Notes: generated by a model from the sequence alone, not told the origin. A DNA stretch of 64,000 nucleotides from Octopus sinensis (GCF_006345805.1 NC_043000.1:62558001-62622000), one strand, 5' to 3'; shown: positions 22,922 through 38,582, counted from the first letter of the stretch. Translations and numbers: made by a program.

Positions 22922-25500
22922 ATTCACCCTTTGGATCCCCTAGCACCAAAGGCACTTCAGGTAGGCATCCTTCTCGTCTTCATTCCATCCGTTCTATAGG
23001 CGCACACTTAGAGTAAGTCCATTTACACGAGCCATTCTTGCCACATTTACCCACTTTTCAACAAACTTACTGGGTGACAGCACCTCCCTCTCCAGCCTCA
23101 CTTTCCTTTTCAGGTGAAACCTGAAAAAGTCAATGAAGCCTTGGCCGAAGAGGACGGTACCTGTCTTCATCCCTTTCAATCATGTCCACCAGACAAAAAA
23201 AACTGCCTGTCCTTCCCGGCCAAAGGAAGGAGGCGGGGCAATCTTCACGATGGACTCGGACGATAGACCGATCCGTCCTACACATAATAACTATTCGATG
23301 AAGCTCCACAAGTCAGCAATGCGTGGACACTGTACGAGAGCATGCACGAGAGCATGTACGAACGGTTTCATCACCCTGCGTGCATCTCGGACAAGCCCGT
23401 CTGACTGCACACCCATGCCTGAAGAGCTTATTGTGAACCGGCAAAGCCTCTCGGTAGCACTGCGAGGCCAGTGACTTCTGGAAGTTGTCTATAGGCCTCA
23501 GTCAGAAAGCCCACCGGAAGAGACCAGCCAGTTGATCCCCCTCGACACCCAGAACCTCTCCGAGAACATCGTCATTCTAGCCCTCCACTAATCCCCAAAA
23601 GAACTCCAAGGTGGAACTTCCACCGACCGCATTTCCCCACTGGCCGAGGCCTGTGAGCGCTTGGAGACACTCTATGTGCCAAGTGTCCTCCCTCGGTCTA
23701 CACCTTATCCAAGATTGTCGCTCCGTCAATCAGATGAACTGCGGAAAAGCGCATCCAACAAACAGCGACTACAACTGCTCACCATTAAGGTATTGCTGGA
23801 GATGTCGCAACCTCAGCGCATGTCCGCACATCATCAGCTACGGCATGCCCAGTCTTTCACGCAACGGGTGCTGACAACAAATGAACCTTCTGACAAGCGG
23901 TACCTGTCCCTTCCACAGGAAGCAGAAGAGCAAGCTCATCAGCCCGTTCAGCCACGAAACGGAACAAAGGACGACAGTCAGGCGGTAGTATATGACGGAT
24001 GCGATGTACGCATTCGCCACCTCCACCCGATCTTTCAGAGACAGCTTCCTCTCAGCCCATTTCTGGGTGAGACTGGCAACCCTGTCTGTCACCTCACCCC
24101 AGTTCTTGTCCACTTGGAGGTCCGGACCGAAACAGACCCCGAGTAACTTAACCGGTCCTTCAGTCCAGCACCCTACAAGCTGTCGGTCGGCAAAGGCCTG
24201 CCTCTCTAGGTGCCGAGCTGCAGGTCCCCTGACTTTCCCTGGTTAATCATTGCTCCTTTCAGCGCTTCATATTCCCTTAGGGTATGCCGACCATCTCGAT
24301 TTCTGGGACGTCCGACACTATCACGGTGTTGTCGTCAGCATATACCGACACGAACCTTCTGCATCCTATTTCACGCGGGATGCCCCTCGAAACATCCATC
24401 TTCTGCAGTAATGGCTTGAGTGCCAGTACGTAGAGAAAGGGTGAGAGTGGGCAACCTTGACGGACCGGACGTGTGATGCTAAACGATTCTGGAAGGTGGT
24501 CATTTGCTTTGACCACCGAAGAGATGTCGCTGTACAGTGCAGCGATCCAGCTTCTGAAAACGTGACCGAAACCAATTGCCTTAGGGACAGCCTTCAAGTA
24601 TTGATGGTCGACCCTATCAAAATCCTTCGATTGATCCAAATTGATTAGGGCCCCACCCATGCTAGGTTCTTTACCAACACTCTCTATGATGTATCGCGTG
24701 AGGTGGAGATTGTCGTGGATAGATCTGTTGGAGATAACGCAAGTCTGCGCATCACGAAGGTGGGAGGGCTGTTCTGCTCTCCGAGACTACACCGAGACGC
24801 ACTTATATTTTACTGTCCTCTTCTCAATTTATACCTCCACTTTGGCTGAGATTGCAAGGTTTGCTCAGGCTTTTTCTCTTTTTATGAGTTTGTGGGCTAG
24901 GGCTAACATCTCTTTTTTGTTGGAGATGTCTATTTCATAGTACTTTTGTTGACATTTCGCAGCTGTTGCTGCGAAAGTACTTGTTCCGCTCTCACAGTCG
25001 ATAGGAGTGGTGGAATCGTTCGCGTTGTTACTGTTATTGTTTCTTTCAAATACATCCGCTTCTCTGCAGCTGGTTTTGACGTTGGTATTGGTTGTGTTCT
25101 CGTCCATGTTTTTGTTGTCGTTATTCGTTCTGTTATTGTTTCATGATAAGCTTCTCTGTTCCGTGTTGTGAGAGTGGTTATTTACTGTGTTTATTTCTGT
25201 TTGGAGAGTCGACAGTTGCCTATACGACTATCGAGTGATTGTGTGGCCACTATTGTGTTGCTTTTCTCTGTCGTATTAGTAATTTGCTCTTTACGGTTAA
25301 TTTTATCATTGTCCAAAGAGTGTGTGGTGCTTTTTGATTCGTTATCAATTTTGTCCTCGAAATTGTTACCTGAGTCAGTAAAATTGCAGTTTTGTGACTT
25401 TTCCTGTTATCACAAAATGGTTACACCCCTCCACGCCATTTTTCACTTGCTAACGTGTAATCATTTCACAAATACTAATATTTGTGCACAAAGCCCAAAT
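22922..25500 (-). mobile_element. Tx1-like LINE with a large internal deletion (ORF1 N-terminus fused to RT; 3' UTR clipped)
   Basis: ORF1 N-terminus (KEMLALAHKLIKREK..TVKYKCV, homologous to about 41850-41960) joined at about 24760 to RT (AQTCVIS..IHDNLH, LINLDQSKDFDRVDH, VRQGCPLSPFLY, VYADDNT), then LSLKDRVEVAN and FFRFHLKRKVRLER. Confidence 0.85.
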
Positions 25501-25562
25501 ATTATTTAGTTCTTTTTTCTGGGGACAAAGACTATTGTCTTATGTTCTCTTTTAAACAATAA

Positions 25563-25950
25563 CTAGCAGTATCGCCCGGCGTTGCTCGGGTTTGTAAGGG
25601 AAATAACTATATAAGTATTTTTAGAGAGTTATAGCCAAAAAATAGCAAAAAAATGCATTAAAAATGGAAAAAAATTATGGTAATTTTTTTTTTAATCGTT
25701 GACTCATCGTAGACATTTTTAGAGAGTTATTTCCCTTAGCAAAAAAATGTATTAAATTGGAAAAAATTATGGTAAATTATTTTTAAAATCGTAGACTCAT
25801 CGTAGACGCGCGCTAATACCCAGAAGGGCTCGATATGAATCATGACTATAAGATACCCGCTTTTGGTTACACTGCACCACAAAATGTGGGAGTAGTTAGG
25901 AATCTAAATCGTAGGAGACAGACACACAACTTCTCTTTTATATATAAAGA
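25563..25950 (-). mobile_element. Non-autonomous Helitron with internal ~95-bp tandem duplication
   Basis: On -: A|TCTTTATATATAAAAGAGAAGTTG ... AAACCCGAGCAACGCCGGGCGATACTGCTAG|T, the same 3' terminus as 20748-21115. Confidence 0.85.
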
Positions 25951-26027
25951 TATCAACAAAAACAGTAGTTTTGATAACAAAAATACCTGTCAAGCTTCCA
26001 CCGACGTCCTAGCTTTCCAACCGGAAG

Positions 26028-26084
<57 letters not shown>

Positions 26085-26088
<4 letters not shown>

Positions 26089-26622
26089 GCCCTGATGCAG
26101 TACCAAGCAGCGGCTCTCATGGCTTCTGATCTTAACTGACTGGAAGTGTTATCATGTACATTGGTTTGTCTTGGTATAAAAGATGGGCTACAAATATTCT
26201 GCTCGATACCACAGATTTACTTGTCAGTTGTTTGACCTTAACCAGTTGAGCATGTCCCTCAGTGGCTGACGATATGTGCATCTCTAATCATGAGCAGAAG
26301 TAGTGGGGGAGCATCATAGCCAAGTGTTGAGAGAGATTCATTGGGGTTCGAATAATTCACCTCTGGAAACATCCTTAAACAACCCTTAATCAGGGACCTT
26401 TTGAGTGGGATGGGTTACCCGACCAGAAAAAAATTCTAACTGGGCCCCCACCTGCAAGGTCATGCGCTGTTTATCTTGTTTTGAGATCACCATGACGCAC
26501 ACATATGGTTGTGATGCATGTGCTTGGTGTACCCTTATCAGACGGGTAGTCATGATGGGTATACTGGCCTTCGCATATTTTACCCCAGTGTCACTTTGAT
26601 GGCATGCACTGCTTTCTCACTC
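26085..26622. mobile_element. Unclassified ~540-bp non-coding dispersed repeat (element X), full copy between (AAT)n arrays
   Basis: Homologous to 29405-29513, 31767-31874 and 61100-61579; (AAT)n at 26029-26084 and 26623-26938; no coding motif recognised. Confidence 0.75.
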
Positions 26623-26632
26623 AATAATAATA

Positions 26633-26688
<56 letters not shown>

Positions 26689-26854
26689 TAATAGTAATAA
26701 TAATAATAATAATAATATAATAATAATAATAAATAATATAATAATAATATATAATAATAATAATATAATAATAAATAATAATATAATAATAAAATAATAA
26801 TAATAATAATAATAATAATGATAATAATAATAATAATAATAATAATAATATAAC

Positions 26855-26937
<83 letters not shown>

Positions 26938-26938
26938 G

Positions 26939-29235
26939 AGAGAACACCGGAGACGTTTAAGATGTGAGAACGATAAAACAGTGCTCCGAAATCTATCCAC
27001 AGACATCGAAAACAAAGACGTCATATGGAGCCAAAAATTTACTGACAAAGGATTGGACTATATCCGAGTAAGTAATACTCATTGAAATTTATAACTATTT
27101 TCGAAACGAAATGATGTATTTTAACTCGATATCATCTCCACCTCTAACACAACACATGTAAACATACGTCAAACATTACGATCCATCAACACCAAATCAT
27201 CCCCGACCCCAAACACCATGTAAAAAAAACTACGAAGAAATTAAATAACAACGATATTATTCAACACAAGAATAGCAATCTGGAAGTATGTACTTTAAAC
27301 TTACAACACAAATGTACGAAAAACTACACGTGCAAAACAATGTGACAACAGAAATGAACGGACCGGTACCCTACGAAAATGACGACCGTCAAAATAATGG
27401 GCCGGACGTTGTTCCTCATGTCCCGCAAATAAAACCCAAAAGACATAAATGGACACGTGAGGAATACATTTCTATCCTACACGCTCACTTTACGGCAGTG
27501 CTCTACCTAAATAATGAAAACACAACAACACATACGTATAAAATATGGAAGGGAAATAACATAAATATAGACTTGGATACAGCAATGAACCCTAATAAAC
27601 TAGCTAACGTACGAAGATACATTCTCAACGCAAAAAATATCAGAAATAGAAATAGAACATCTAAAAGAAAAAATACATCAGGAAAATGTAGATAGAAGCC
27701 ACACAACAATGCCCAATAATATAATAATATAAATAAGACACAACACACACAAATGAAAGAGAAAATAAAAAAAGAATATTATAGACGAGTTAGATCAATA
27801 CTAAAAACAGAGCTCAATGCTAAAAACAAGATAATAGGTATTAACACTTTAGCTGTCCCAGTTATAAGTTATAGCTACAATATCCTTAACTGGACACTAA
27901 ATGAACTGACCAAAATAGATAGGAAAACAAGAAAAATAATGACAGGATCTAGGATGCATCACCCAAAATCTGACATAGAAAGACTATATATACAACGTAT
28001 AGAAGGTGGTAGAGGCCTTATACAGCTGGAAAACTACTATAAAATAACCATCATAGGACTGCAAAATTATCTACTTCAGAAGGAAGGAAAACTGATACAA
28101 ATAGCGGCAAAACACGAGCAAAACAAAAAACTGTTCTCAGTATTTAAGGAAGCTGACAAATACAAACAAGAAATCATACCACCTAACAAATATGAAAAAG
28201 AAGACGAAGAAGAAGAAGAAGAAGAAGAAGAAGAAGAAGAAGAAGAAGAAGAAGAAGAAGAAGAAGAAGAAGAAGAAGAAGAAGAAGAAGAAGAAGAAGA
28301 AGAAGAAGAAGAAGAAGAAACAACAAAAGCTATAAAACAAATGAAATCCAAACTAAAACTAGAACAGCAACGAACCATGATAAAACGATGGCAAGAAAAG
28401 CCACTTCATGGTAAATACTGGACTAAGCTAAATGCAAAAGAAATAGACAAAGGAAAAATCCCAGCAATGGTTGAGAAGCTCAGGATTCAAAGCAGAGACA
28501 GAGGGATTTTTAATTGCAGCACAAGGCCAAAGCCTCCCCACCAGAAATTACCAAAAACATGTAATGAAAAGAAATATAACAAGTAACTGCAGAATATGTG
28601 GAGATGGACAAGAAACAATAAATCATATTATCTCTGGCTGCCCAGTCCTGGCTAAGAAGGAATATATTCACAGACATGACAGAGTTAGAACCTACATACA
28701 CTGGAAGCTATGCCAACATTATGGAATAACAAAAGAAAAAAGATGGTATAAACACACACCAGAAAGCAACCATACTCTGGGATATGCCGATACACACAGA
28801 TAGAGAAATTAAGGCCAACACCCAGATATAATTGTCAGAGATCATGAAGAAAAAAAATGCTTTCTAATTGATGTATCAATACCGGCAGATGACAACGTGT
28901 CTCTAAAGGAAATGGAGAAACTTACAAAATACAAAGACCTGGAAATAGAGGTAACTAGAATGTGGAATCTAAAAACAGAAGCAATTCCTATCATAGTAGG
29001 TGCATTAGGCATGATTAAAAAAATATTCAGACAAATACATAACAAAAACACCAGGACTTACAAACACATATAACATACAGAAAATTGCACTACTAGGCAC
29101 TGCACACATCCTACGCAGAACCCTTTCCATACAATAACCATCAGAGCATCACAACAAATCACAGCCACATACCCAAGGCACACAGAGCTGCGCTCGGTAG
29201 TGAAGTGAAAGCACGCTATAAAAATAAAACTACTG
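26939..29235 (+). mobile_element. R4/Dong-clade LINE copy 1 (N-terminal domain, RT core deleted, CCHC and REL endonuclease, 3' end before (AAT)n)
   Basis: RHKWTREEY..NKLANVRRYI N-terminus; KEYYRRVRSILKTELNAKNK; MHHPKSDIERLYIQRIEGGRGL; CRICGDGQETINHIISGC..RHD; PDIIVRDHEEKKCFLIDVSIP..KYKDL. The 5' boundary is uncertain. Confidence 0.9.
28206..28319. repeat. (GAA)n expansion (~38 units) in frame inside the Dong ORF
   Basis: Direct reading; the second copy has only about 5 GAA at 30645-30659. Confidence 0.95.
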
Positions 29236-29242
29236 AATAATA

Positions 29243-29335
<93 letters not shown>

Positions 29336-29360
29336 TAATAAAATGATGATGATGATAATA

Positions 29361-29407
<47 letters not shown>

Positions 29408-29572
29408 TGCTCTGATGCAGTACCTGACAGTGGCTCTTGTGGCTTCTGATCTTAACTGATTGGAAGTGTTATCACGTACATTGTTTTGTCTTGGTATAAA
29501 AGATGGGCTACAGAAATAATAATAATAATAATAATGATAATAATAATAATAATAATAATAGTAATAATAATA

Positions 29573-29615
<43 letters not shown>

Positions 29616-29687
29616 TAATAATAATAATAATAATAATAATAGTAATAATAATAATAATAATAATAATATAATAATAATAATAATAAT
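29236..29687. repeat. (AAT)n(GAT)n + element X left end (29405-29513) + (AAT)n
   Basis: Direct reading; same architecture as 31604-32040. Confidence 0.9.
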
Positions 29688-32040
<2,353 letters not shown>

Positions 32041-32542
32041 TTATAAATAAACTAAATTACAAAAGAAAGACAGTATTTGGTCAAGCACAGAAAACTTCCC
32101 ATGCCACACCTAAACTCCAAAACAGCAGTAACATCTAATTTGTTTGTAAATATGACAACCTTGTATTTCTTATCCTTTCCTTTTCATTCAAATTCCTGCA
32201 TTTCCTTTTCTTCCCCATTCAACGAGTAATGCTGAAACTCATGAGTTTCTCTTCCGTTTCCTTTTTATTTTACCTCTTTTTGCTTTTACTTACTTCTTAC
32301 CTCCCTTTCGAGGAAAAAGATATTTAGAATTGATACTGGATGTAGTGACTAGCTGCGAATAAGAGTTAGGATCGCAACAGGCTTAACTCTACAAAATAGT
32401 AACCAACGTAAGTGGTGTGTGCTCATGCGCCCATGTCTATGTGAAAATATATGTGCGTGTGTGAGCGTCTGTGTGTGTGTGTGAACGTTTGTATGTATGT
32501 ACACATACAAACATGCATGTGTGTGTGTGTGTGTGTGTGTGA

Positions 32543-32860
32543 AGGCGCGTGGCTTAGTGGTTAGAGTATTCGACTCGCGATTATAAGGTCGTGAGTTCAA
32601 TTCCCAGTGATGCGTTGTGTCCTTGAGCAAGACACTTTATTTCACGTTGCTCCATCCACTCAGCAGGCAAAAATGAGTAGTACATGTATTTCAAAAGGCC
32701 AGCTTTGTCACATTCTGTATCACGCTGAATCATCTCCCTGAAAATTACGTTAGGGGTACATGTGTCTGTGGATTGCTCAGCACTTTAATTTCACAAGCAA
32801 GCTGTTCCGTTGATCATATCAGCTGGGACCCTCGTCGTCGTAACCAACGGAGTGCTCCTT
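32543..32860 (+). mobile_element. tRNA-derived SINE with CORE/Meta-type domain, full length
   Basis: A box TGGCTTAGTGG, B box GAGTTCAATTCC, central GTGTCCTTGAGCAAGACACTTTATTTCACGTTGCTCC. Confidence 0.88.
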
Positions 32861-32883
32861 TATTTATATATATATATATAGAT

Positions 32884-33198
32884 AAGTTTCTTTATTGGCC
32901 ACACAGGGCTGCACACAGATGGGACAAGTTACAAGGTAGAGCTTTTCTTTTGGGGGATGAAAAAAGGGGTGGCGTAGGTTTTCGATCAAGAGGGATCGTA
33001 AAAGGGAAGAAAAGAACAAAAACAAACAAAAAAAATTGAATAAAATAAAAAGAATAAAAAGAAAAAAAAGGAAAGGAAAAGGAACAAAAGGAAAGAGAAA
33101 TGAAAAAAGAAGAAAAAAGGGGGGAAAGGGGAAGAGGAAAAAAAAGAACGATCAATAGGGATCGTGTATCACAGTGTTATAATATATGGTGTAAAGGG

Positions 33199-33206
<8 letters not shown>
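32884..33206 (-). mobile_element. Tx1-like LINE 3' UTR-only copy abutting (GATA)n
   Basis: Terminal TTTCTTTATTGGCCACACAGGGCTG and internal GGGATCGTGTATCACAG match 15242-15400; (GATA)n at 33207-33294. Confidence 0.85.
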
Positions 33207-33294
<88 letters not shown>

Positions 33295-33419
33295 TACATA
33301 TAGACATATTCAGATGTACAGGTAGGTACATATGTGTGTGCAGGTGAGTATTTATGTTATATATAATACATATTTCTATATGTGTGTGAAGTTATATATT
33401 TGTGTATATATATATATAT

Positions 33420-33491
<72 letters not shown>

Positions 33492-34379
33492 GTATGTATG
33501 TATGTATGTATGTATGTATGGATGTATGTATGTATGTATGTATGGTGGGGAACATTAATGATTGTTGATATGTACGTACATTTATTTATATCAATCCTCT
33601 CGCTATTTTTTGTAATTTACTTTCTTAACATTTCTGAAACCTATCTGATAAAAGAGCTAATAATTAAGTGTATACTGTATTTCTAATACATGACTTGTTT
33701 CAAGAAGCTAATTCACAATTAGTAGCTGTCAGCTCTTTGATAAGTGTTTCAGTGAATTTCATTTGAACATTTCTGACATTTCACTCTTAATGGCAGTCTT
33801 GAAACTTATGGATTAGTTTTGGATAACATTGCTAAATAATTCAAATAAACTGAAGAGAAGACGAAAGAAAAGTAACCAAATGACAACAGTCAAGTTGAAA
33901 ATGGCAATGAGTTTCAAGTGAAATTATCTTGTTTTAGTGTGAGGAAGAGATTTTTGCTGTAGCACTATTAACAATTAAAAACTTACCACAATCCCTCGTA
34001 TATTAATAAGCCTTTATTTTAAACCATTCGAAGATATATCAACTTGTAGACCTCAATGACAAAGGAATATTTATTTAGCAGGAAATGGTTCAAATTTGGA
34101 CAGTTGACTTAATTTATCTTTTACGGTTATAAACAAAATTTGAATCTCTAAAATAAGCTTGAGTGCTGACGGGTAGGGACATAAACTTTTATTTATTTAT
34201 CTTATATCGCAATTGGTAATATTCCATTAGTTATGACTTCATTACGAACTAGTCACGGGTTCACTGCAGTTCTGACGGCGACACTAAATAATGTAGGTCT
34301 TCTAATTCAATGTAGAATAAATATCTCAACAGACATCATTTGTAAGGTATGAATTTTTCGGTTTTCTTATTACTTTTAT

Positions 34380-34494
34380 CTTTTACTTGTTTCAGTCATT
34401 GGACTGCGGCCTTGCTGGAGCAACGCCTTGAAGTTTAGTCGAATAAATCGACCCCAGTATCTTTTTGAAGCCTGTTACTTATTCTATTGGTCAC
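34380..34494 (-). mobile_element. SINE 3' fragment (CAGTCATTGGACTGCGGCC...TCGACCCCAG type)
   Basis: Shares the TCGACCCCAGTA/ACTTATT block with the other SINEs; different tail. Confidence 0.5.
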
Positions 34495-34969
34495 TAATTT
34501 CAAAGAACCAATCGATCAATACGGATGTTTACTGTCAACAACTAATGAAACTGGAGGAAAAATCAAAGAAAAACGTAATGGAATCATGTTCCACCATGAC
34601 AACGCTAGACCACACACGCCTTTTGCTAACTCGTGAAAACTTATTGGAGCTCGGTTGGGAACTGATGTCACATCCACCATGTAGCCCTGACCTTGCACCA
34701 TCAGATTACCATTTATTTCGAAGTTTGTAAAATTCTTTGAATGGTAAAACTTTCAATAATGACGATGAGCTGAAATCGCGCTTGCTTTAGATTTTGCCTG
34801 ATAATGACCAGAAGTTGTATGAGCGCGGAATCATGAAGTTGCCAGAGATAGTAAAAGGTCATCGAACAAAATGGAAAATATATAATTGATTAAAGTTCAT
34901 TCTTTGCATGAAAAAAATTACTTTTATTTCACTCTAAAAAACCAAAATTTCTTTCTTGCAAACCCAGTA
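34495..34969 (+). mobile_element. Mariner 3' half with right TIR
   Basis: INTDVYCQQL, FHHDNARPH, WELMSHPPCSPDLAPSDYHLFRSL (D,D34D type); ends CTTGCAAACCCAGTA followed by TA. Confidence 0.9.
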
Positions 34970-35063
34970 TATCGCATCAAAATAAGAAACTTCTCTCTCT
35001 TTCCCTATTTCTCTCTCCCCACCATCTCTCCCTCCCATCTCTCCTCCCATCTCTCTCTCCCTC

Positions 35064-35104
<41 letters not shown>

Positions 35105-35342
35105 ACGCGCTCTCTAGACAAATCCAGAAGGTTCTAATTTCTTCGAGTCATTAGCGCTTAACTCATCCATAGAATTTCTGGCTTAAGTTATAGGAATTAT
35201 ATCACGCATTTCCATATCCTGAATATATTTTTACGTGTTCTACTCTAAGAATGGATATGAAGGTATTTTTATACTCAAACACCGCATTCACTGAAATGCA
35301 TACGAATCTTTGTAAGTATCTATCAATCAATCTATCTGTGTA

Positions 35343-35373
<31 letters not shown>

Positions 35374-36194
35374 CTCTTTCTATCTATTCCTCAAATATTC
35401 TGAATGCACACATTCACACATTTACAAATTCTCTTACAGATACGAACGCTTGGTCTCCCTTACTATCTCTCTCACACTCACACGTGCACAAGCATACACA
35501 CACACACACACACACATACGCCGCGTGCACGCATACACACACACAGACGCATACACACACGCACACACACACACATACACACAAACACAAACGCACACAA
35601 ACAGACGTACACATACACACACACACACGTATAATATCTATGAACCAATTTAGAATTCATATAAAGACAGGATTTCTGGGAGATGGCTAAACCTTAATTG
35701 CATCAGTTAATAAACTTAGTTTATGGATTATATCCAAATGCTAAATATAACAATAACACTCTTTGGATTGTTTCCATGAAGAAAGTTTGTTAACTAACAC
35801 GTTTCTCTAGAGTTGTGGAAGCTTGTTAATTTTTCTTTAATAATAGAAGTAATATGGTCAGCCAGCCGTCCATTAAAAAAATGCTATGACAGCATATTTT
35901 GCCCTATTGTTCTTTTATCTATTTCGATTTATTATGATTAAACGTATCTCTGTGCCTGTTTGTTTTAAACTATTTCATTTTTATTACTATCTATCTAGCT
36001 ATATATCTATCACTCCATCTAAATATCTAGCCATCAGTCTATCTTTCTATCTATCCTTCCATCTATCTATCTACCTTCCTACTATCTATCCATCTATTTA
36101 TCTGTCTATCTACTTATCCACCCATCCACCCATCTATTTGTCGGTCTTTCTGTCTGTCCAACCATTCATATATCGAGCCAACCCTCCCTCCATG

Positions 36195-36269
<75 letters not shown>

Positions 36270-37077
36270 GTATGTATGTATGTATGTATGTATGTATATT
36301 TTTAGGTATGTATGTTTGTATGTATGTATGAATACGCAGGCGCATTTATTCTCACGCTCCACACATGCGTAAATATATCTGTATTTGTGTGTTTGAATAC
36401 GTGTTTTAGTATCAATTCTTTAAATTCATTAAAACAACACCTCAGATATTGGCAGTTTGTCTTCTCGTGGATTCGAATCAGACTTAGTATTTGCTTTCCT
36501 CTTGTATATTCTTGCTTTCGAGTTTTCTTTCTCTCTTATATTATCTCTTTTTCTCCATATTTTTTTCTTCTTTACTTTTCTTTTTTACATGATCCGAAAA
36601 ATGCTAATCAAGAATATTTCCAGGAATAACTTATAATGTTCATCTTTTCTGATGATTTCCGCAGTATGTGACAACATAACTTCCTCGCATATTCCATCGG
36701 GGGATTCATTGCAACTCTGTATCTGTTCTCGACAAAAATTCGCAAACAGTTGTTAACTAGAATCACTAATATAGACCAAGTAGTGTCAAGCTCAGTAGCA
36801 CGTGCTATTAATGCTAATATCCAGTTCTGACTCGCTGCCACAGACAGATTTTAGACATCAAAGTAGTTGTTTGCTCAAATTACATTCCTGGTTTCTTAGA
36901 AAGATTTTTGGACGTTATTGCTGAGGTCTTATTAACTACTTGAAGTTTCCCCCAACTGGGAATGCACAGTCATCCATGTTTGGCTTGAGGAAATATTAAA
37001 ACTCTCCTTTAATTCGCTCATTTAACTACATACATTTGCCCGAAAAAAACGCACTTAGATATCAGCAAATTCTGTAT

Positions 37078-37109
37078 CTATCTATCTACCCATCTATCTA
37101 TGTGTTTGT

Positions 37110-37172
<63 letters not shown>
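37078..37172. repeat. (TATC)n microsatellite
   Basis: Direct reading. Confidence 0.95.
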
Positions 37173-37318
37173 ATATGTGTCTGTCTGTATGTGCGTAGTG
37201 CAGCATAAACTCACATATTTTAACTGTTTTATTTTTCCATATATATTTTCTCTGTCCAGTCACATATTTTATCTTATTTCGTTTGACAAACTTTTTTCTC
37301 TCCGATGAAACATGCGTC

Positions 37319-37539
37319 AAGAAGAAGAAGAAGAAGAAGAAGAAGAAGAAGAAGAAGAAGAAGAAGAAGAAGAAGAAGAAGAAGAAGAAGAAGAAGAAGA
37401 AGAAGAAAGAAGAAGAAGAAGAAGAAGAAGAAGAAGAAGAAGATAAAGAAGAAGAAGACGAAGAAGAAGAAGAAGAAGAAGAAGAAGAAGAAGAAGAAGA
37501 AGAAGAAGAAGAAGAAGAAGAAGAAGAAGAAGAAGAAGA
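37319..37539. repeat. (GAA)n microsatellite with interruptions
   Basis: Direct reading; explains the poly-K/E/R ORFs. Confidence 0.97.
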
Positions 37540-37607
37540 ATTCCTAATAAAAATAATTATTTCCCGTTCCTGAAGTTTCTAAATTCTTATGACGTCAATA
37601 ATAATGA

Positions 37608-37950
37608 TTTCTTTATTAACCACATGGGTTTACATGAAGAAAAACATTATGGACAGCACAGGACAAAACAAAAAAATGTGTGCGTGTATGTATGTGAGTG
37701 TGTGTAGTTGGGACGGTTTTGCGTGTAAAGAAGACTAATAAAATAAAAAAACAAACAAAAAAGAGATCAACAATGTGTAATCCTCAATAAGGAGGAGACG
37801 TTCGAGGGCTGCTCATGAAAAAACTCCATAAAAACTATGAGTGCCCTGACTTTTGGGGCAGGTGCCTTTTTTTCATTTCCTTTACTTTTTCCAACTATAG
37901 GCGTTATACTGAGGGCAGGCCCGTTCACTCGTACCATTCTCGCCACTTTC
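37608..37950 (-). mobile_element. Tx1-like LINE 3' end (different subfamily)
   Basis: KVARMVRVNGPALSI at the ORF2 end, as in the 22994 copy; terminal TTTCTTTATTAACCACA resembles the other Tx1 3' ends. Confidence 0.65.
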
Positions 37951-37974
37951 ATCATCACAATCATCATCATCACC

Positions 37975-38370
37975 ATCATTTTACATAACTGGGCTATTTC
38001 GGACTTAAGAAGGTTGTATCTATCTTTTTGTCTTCCTTCTTGAATATTCGTGGGTCGAAGGGACATGCAACATCAACTATATAGCATATGTAGTGCACCT
38101 TGTCCATCACCACTCTAGGTCCGGTCTATTATGCTCTAGCATCTGATCTGTTTGGATATAGAAATCCCAGAGGATCTTGCTGGTTTCCAACTCTAGCCTT
38201 GCCTCACGCTAGCCCCCACTTTTCACAGTTTCCAATGCAACACTTTCGCTACCTGGTCGTGTCGCCACAACTTGTGGTTTGAGGCAAGTCTAGGGCATTC
38301 GTTCATGATATGGGCAATGGTTTCATCCACACTCTTCCAGATGCGGAATTCCTAAGGTTGGCCCTCATTC
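37975..38370 (-). mobile_element. R4/Dong-clade fragment (CCHC to REL)
   Basis: ETIAHIMNECPRLA..WRHDQVAKVLHWKL, ILWDFYIQTD..HNRPD, VDVACPFD; adjacent (TAA)n at 38370-38438. Confidence 0.8.
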
Positions 38371-38440
<70 letters not shown>

Positions 38441-38582
38441 ATTCAAAATTAAAAGAAGAGTGCCATTATCTAGTGAACGATATTTCGACTTCTTGTGTGC
38501 CTTCAACTGTTTCAAAAAATAAATTTGTCAATCTGCTTCATTTTGGTTAATAGAGAAAGGATTATTATTATTGTTATTGTTG

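Noticed and set aside
27753-28586. 277-aa ORF with a poly-Glu tract as a host acidic protein
   Set aside because: Flanking peptides are R4/Dong retrotransposon sequence and are duplicated at 30200-30900
36560-37010. Possible CR1/L2 RT remnant (ITNIDQV.., FP..W..VI)
   Set aside because: Only two short, frameshifted resemblances; too weak to call without a search
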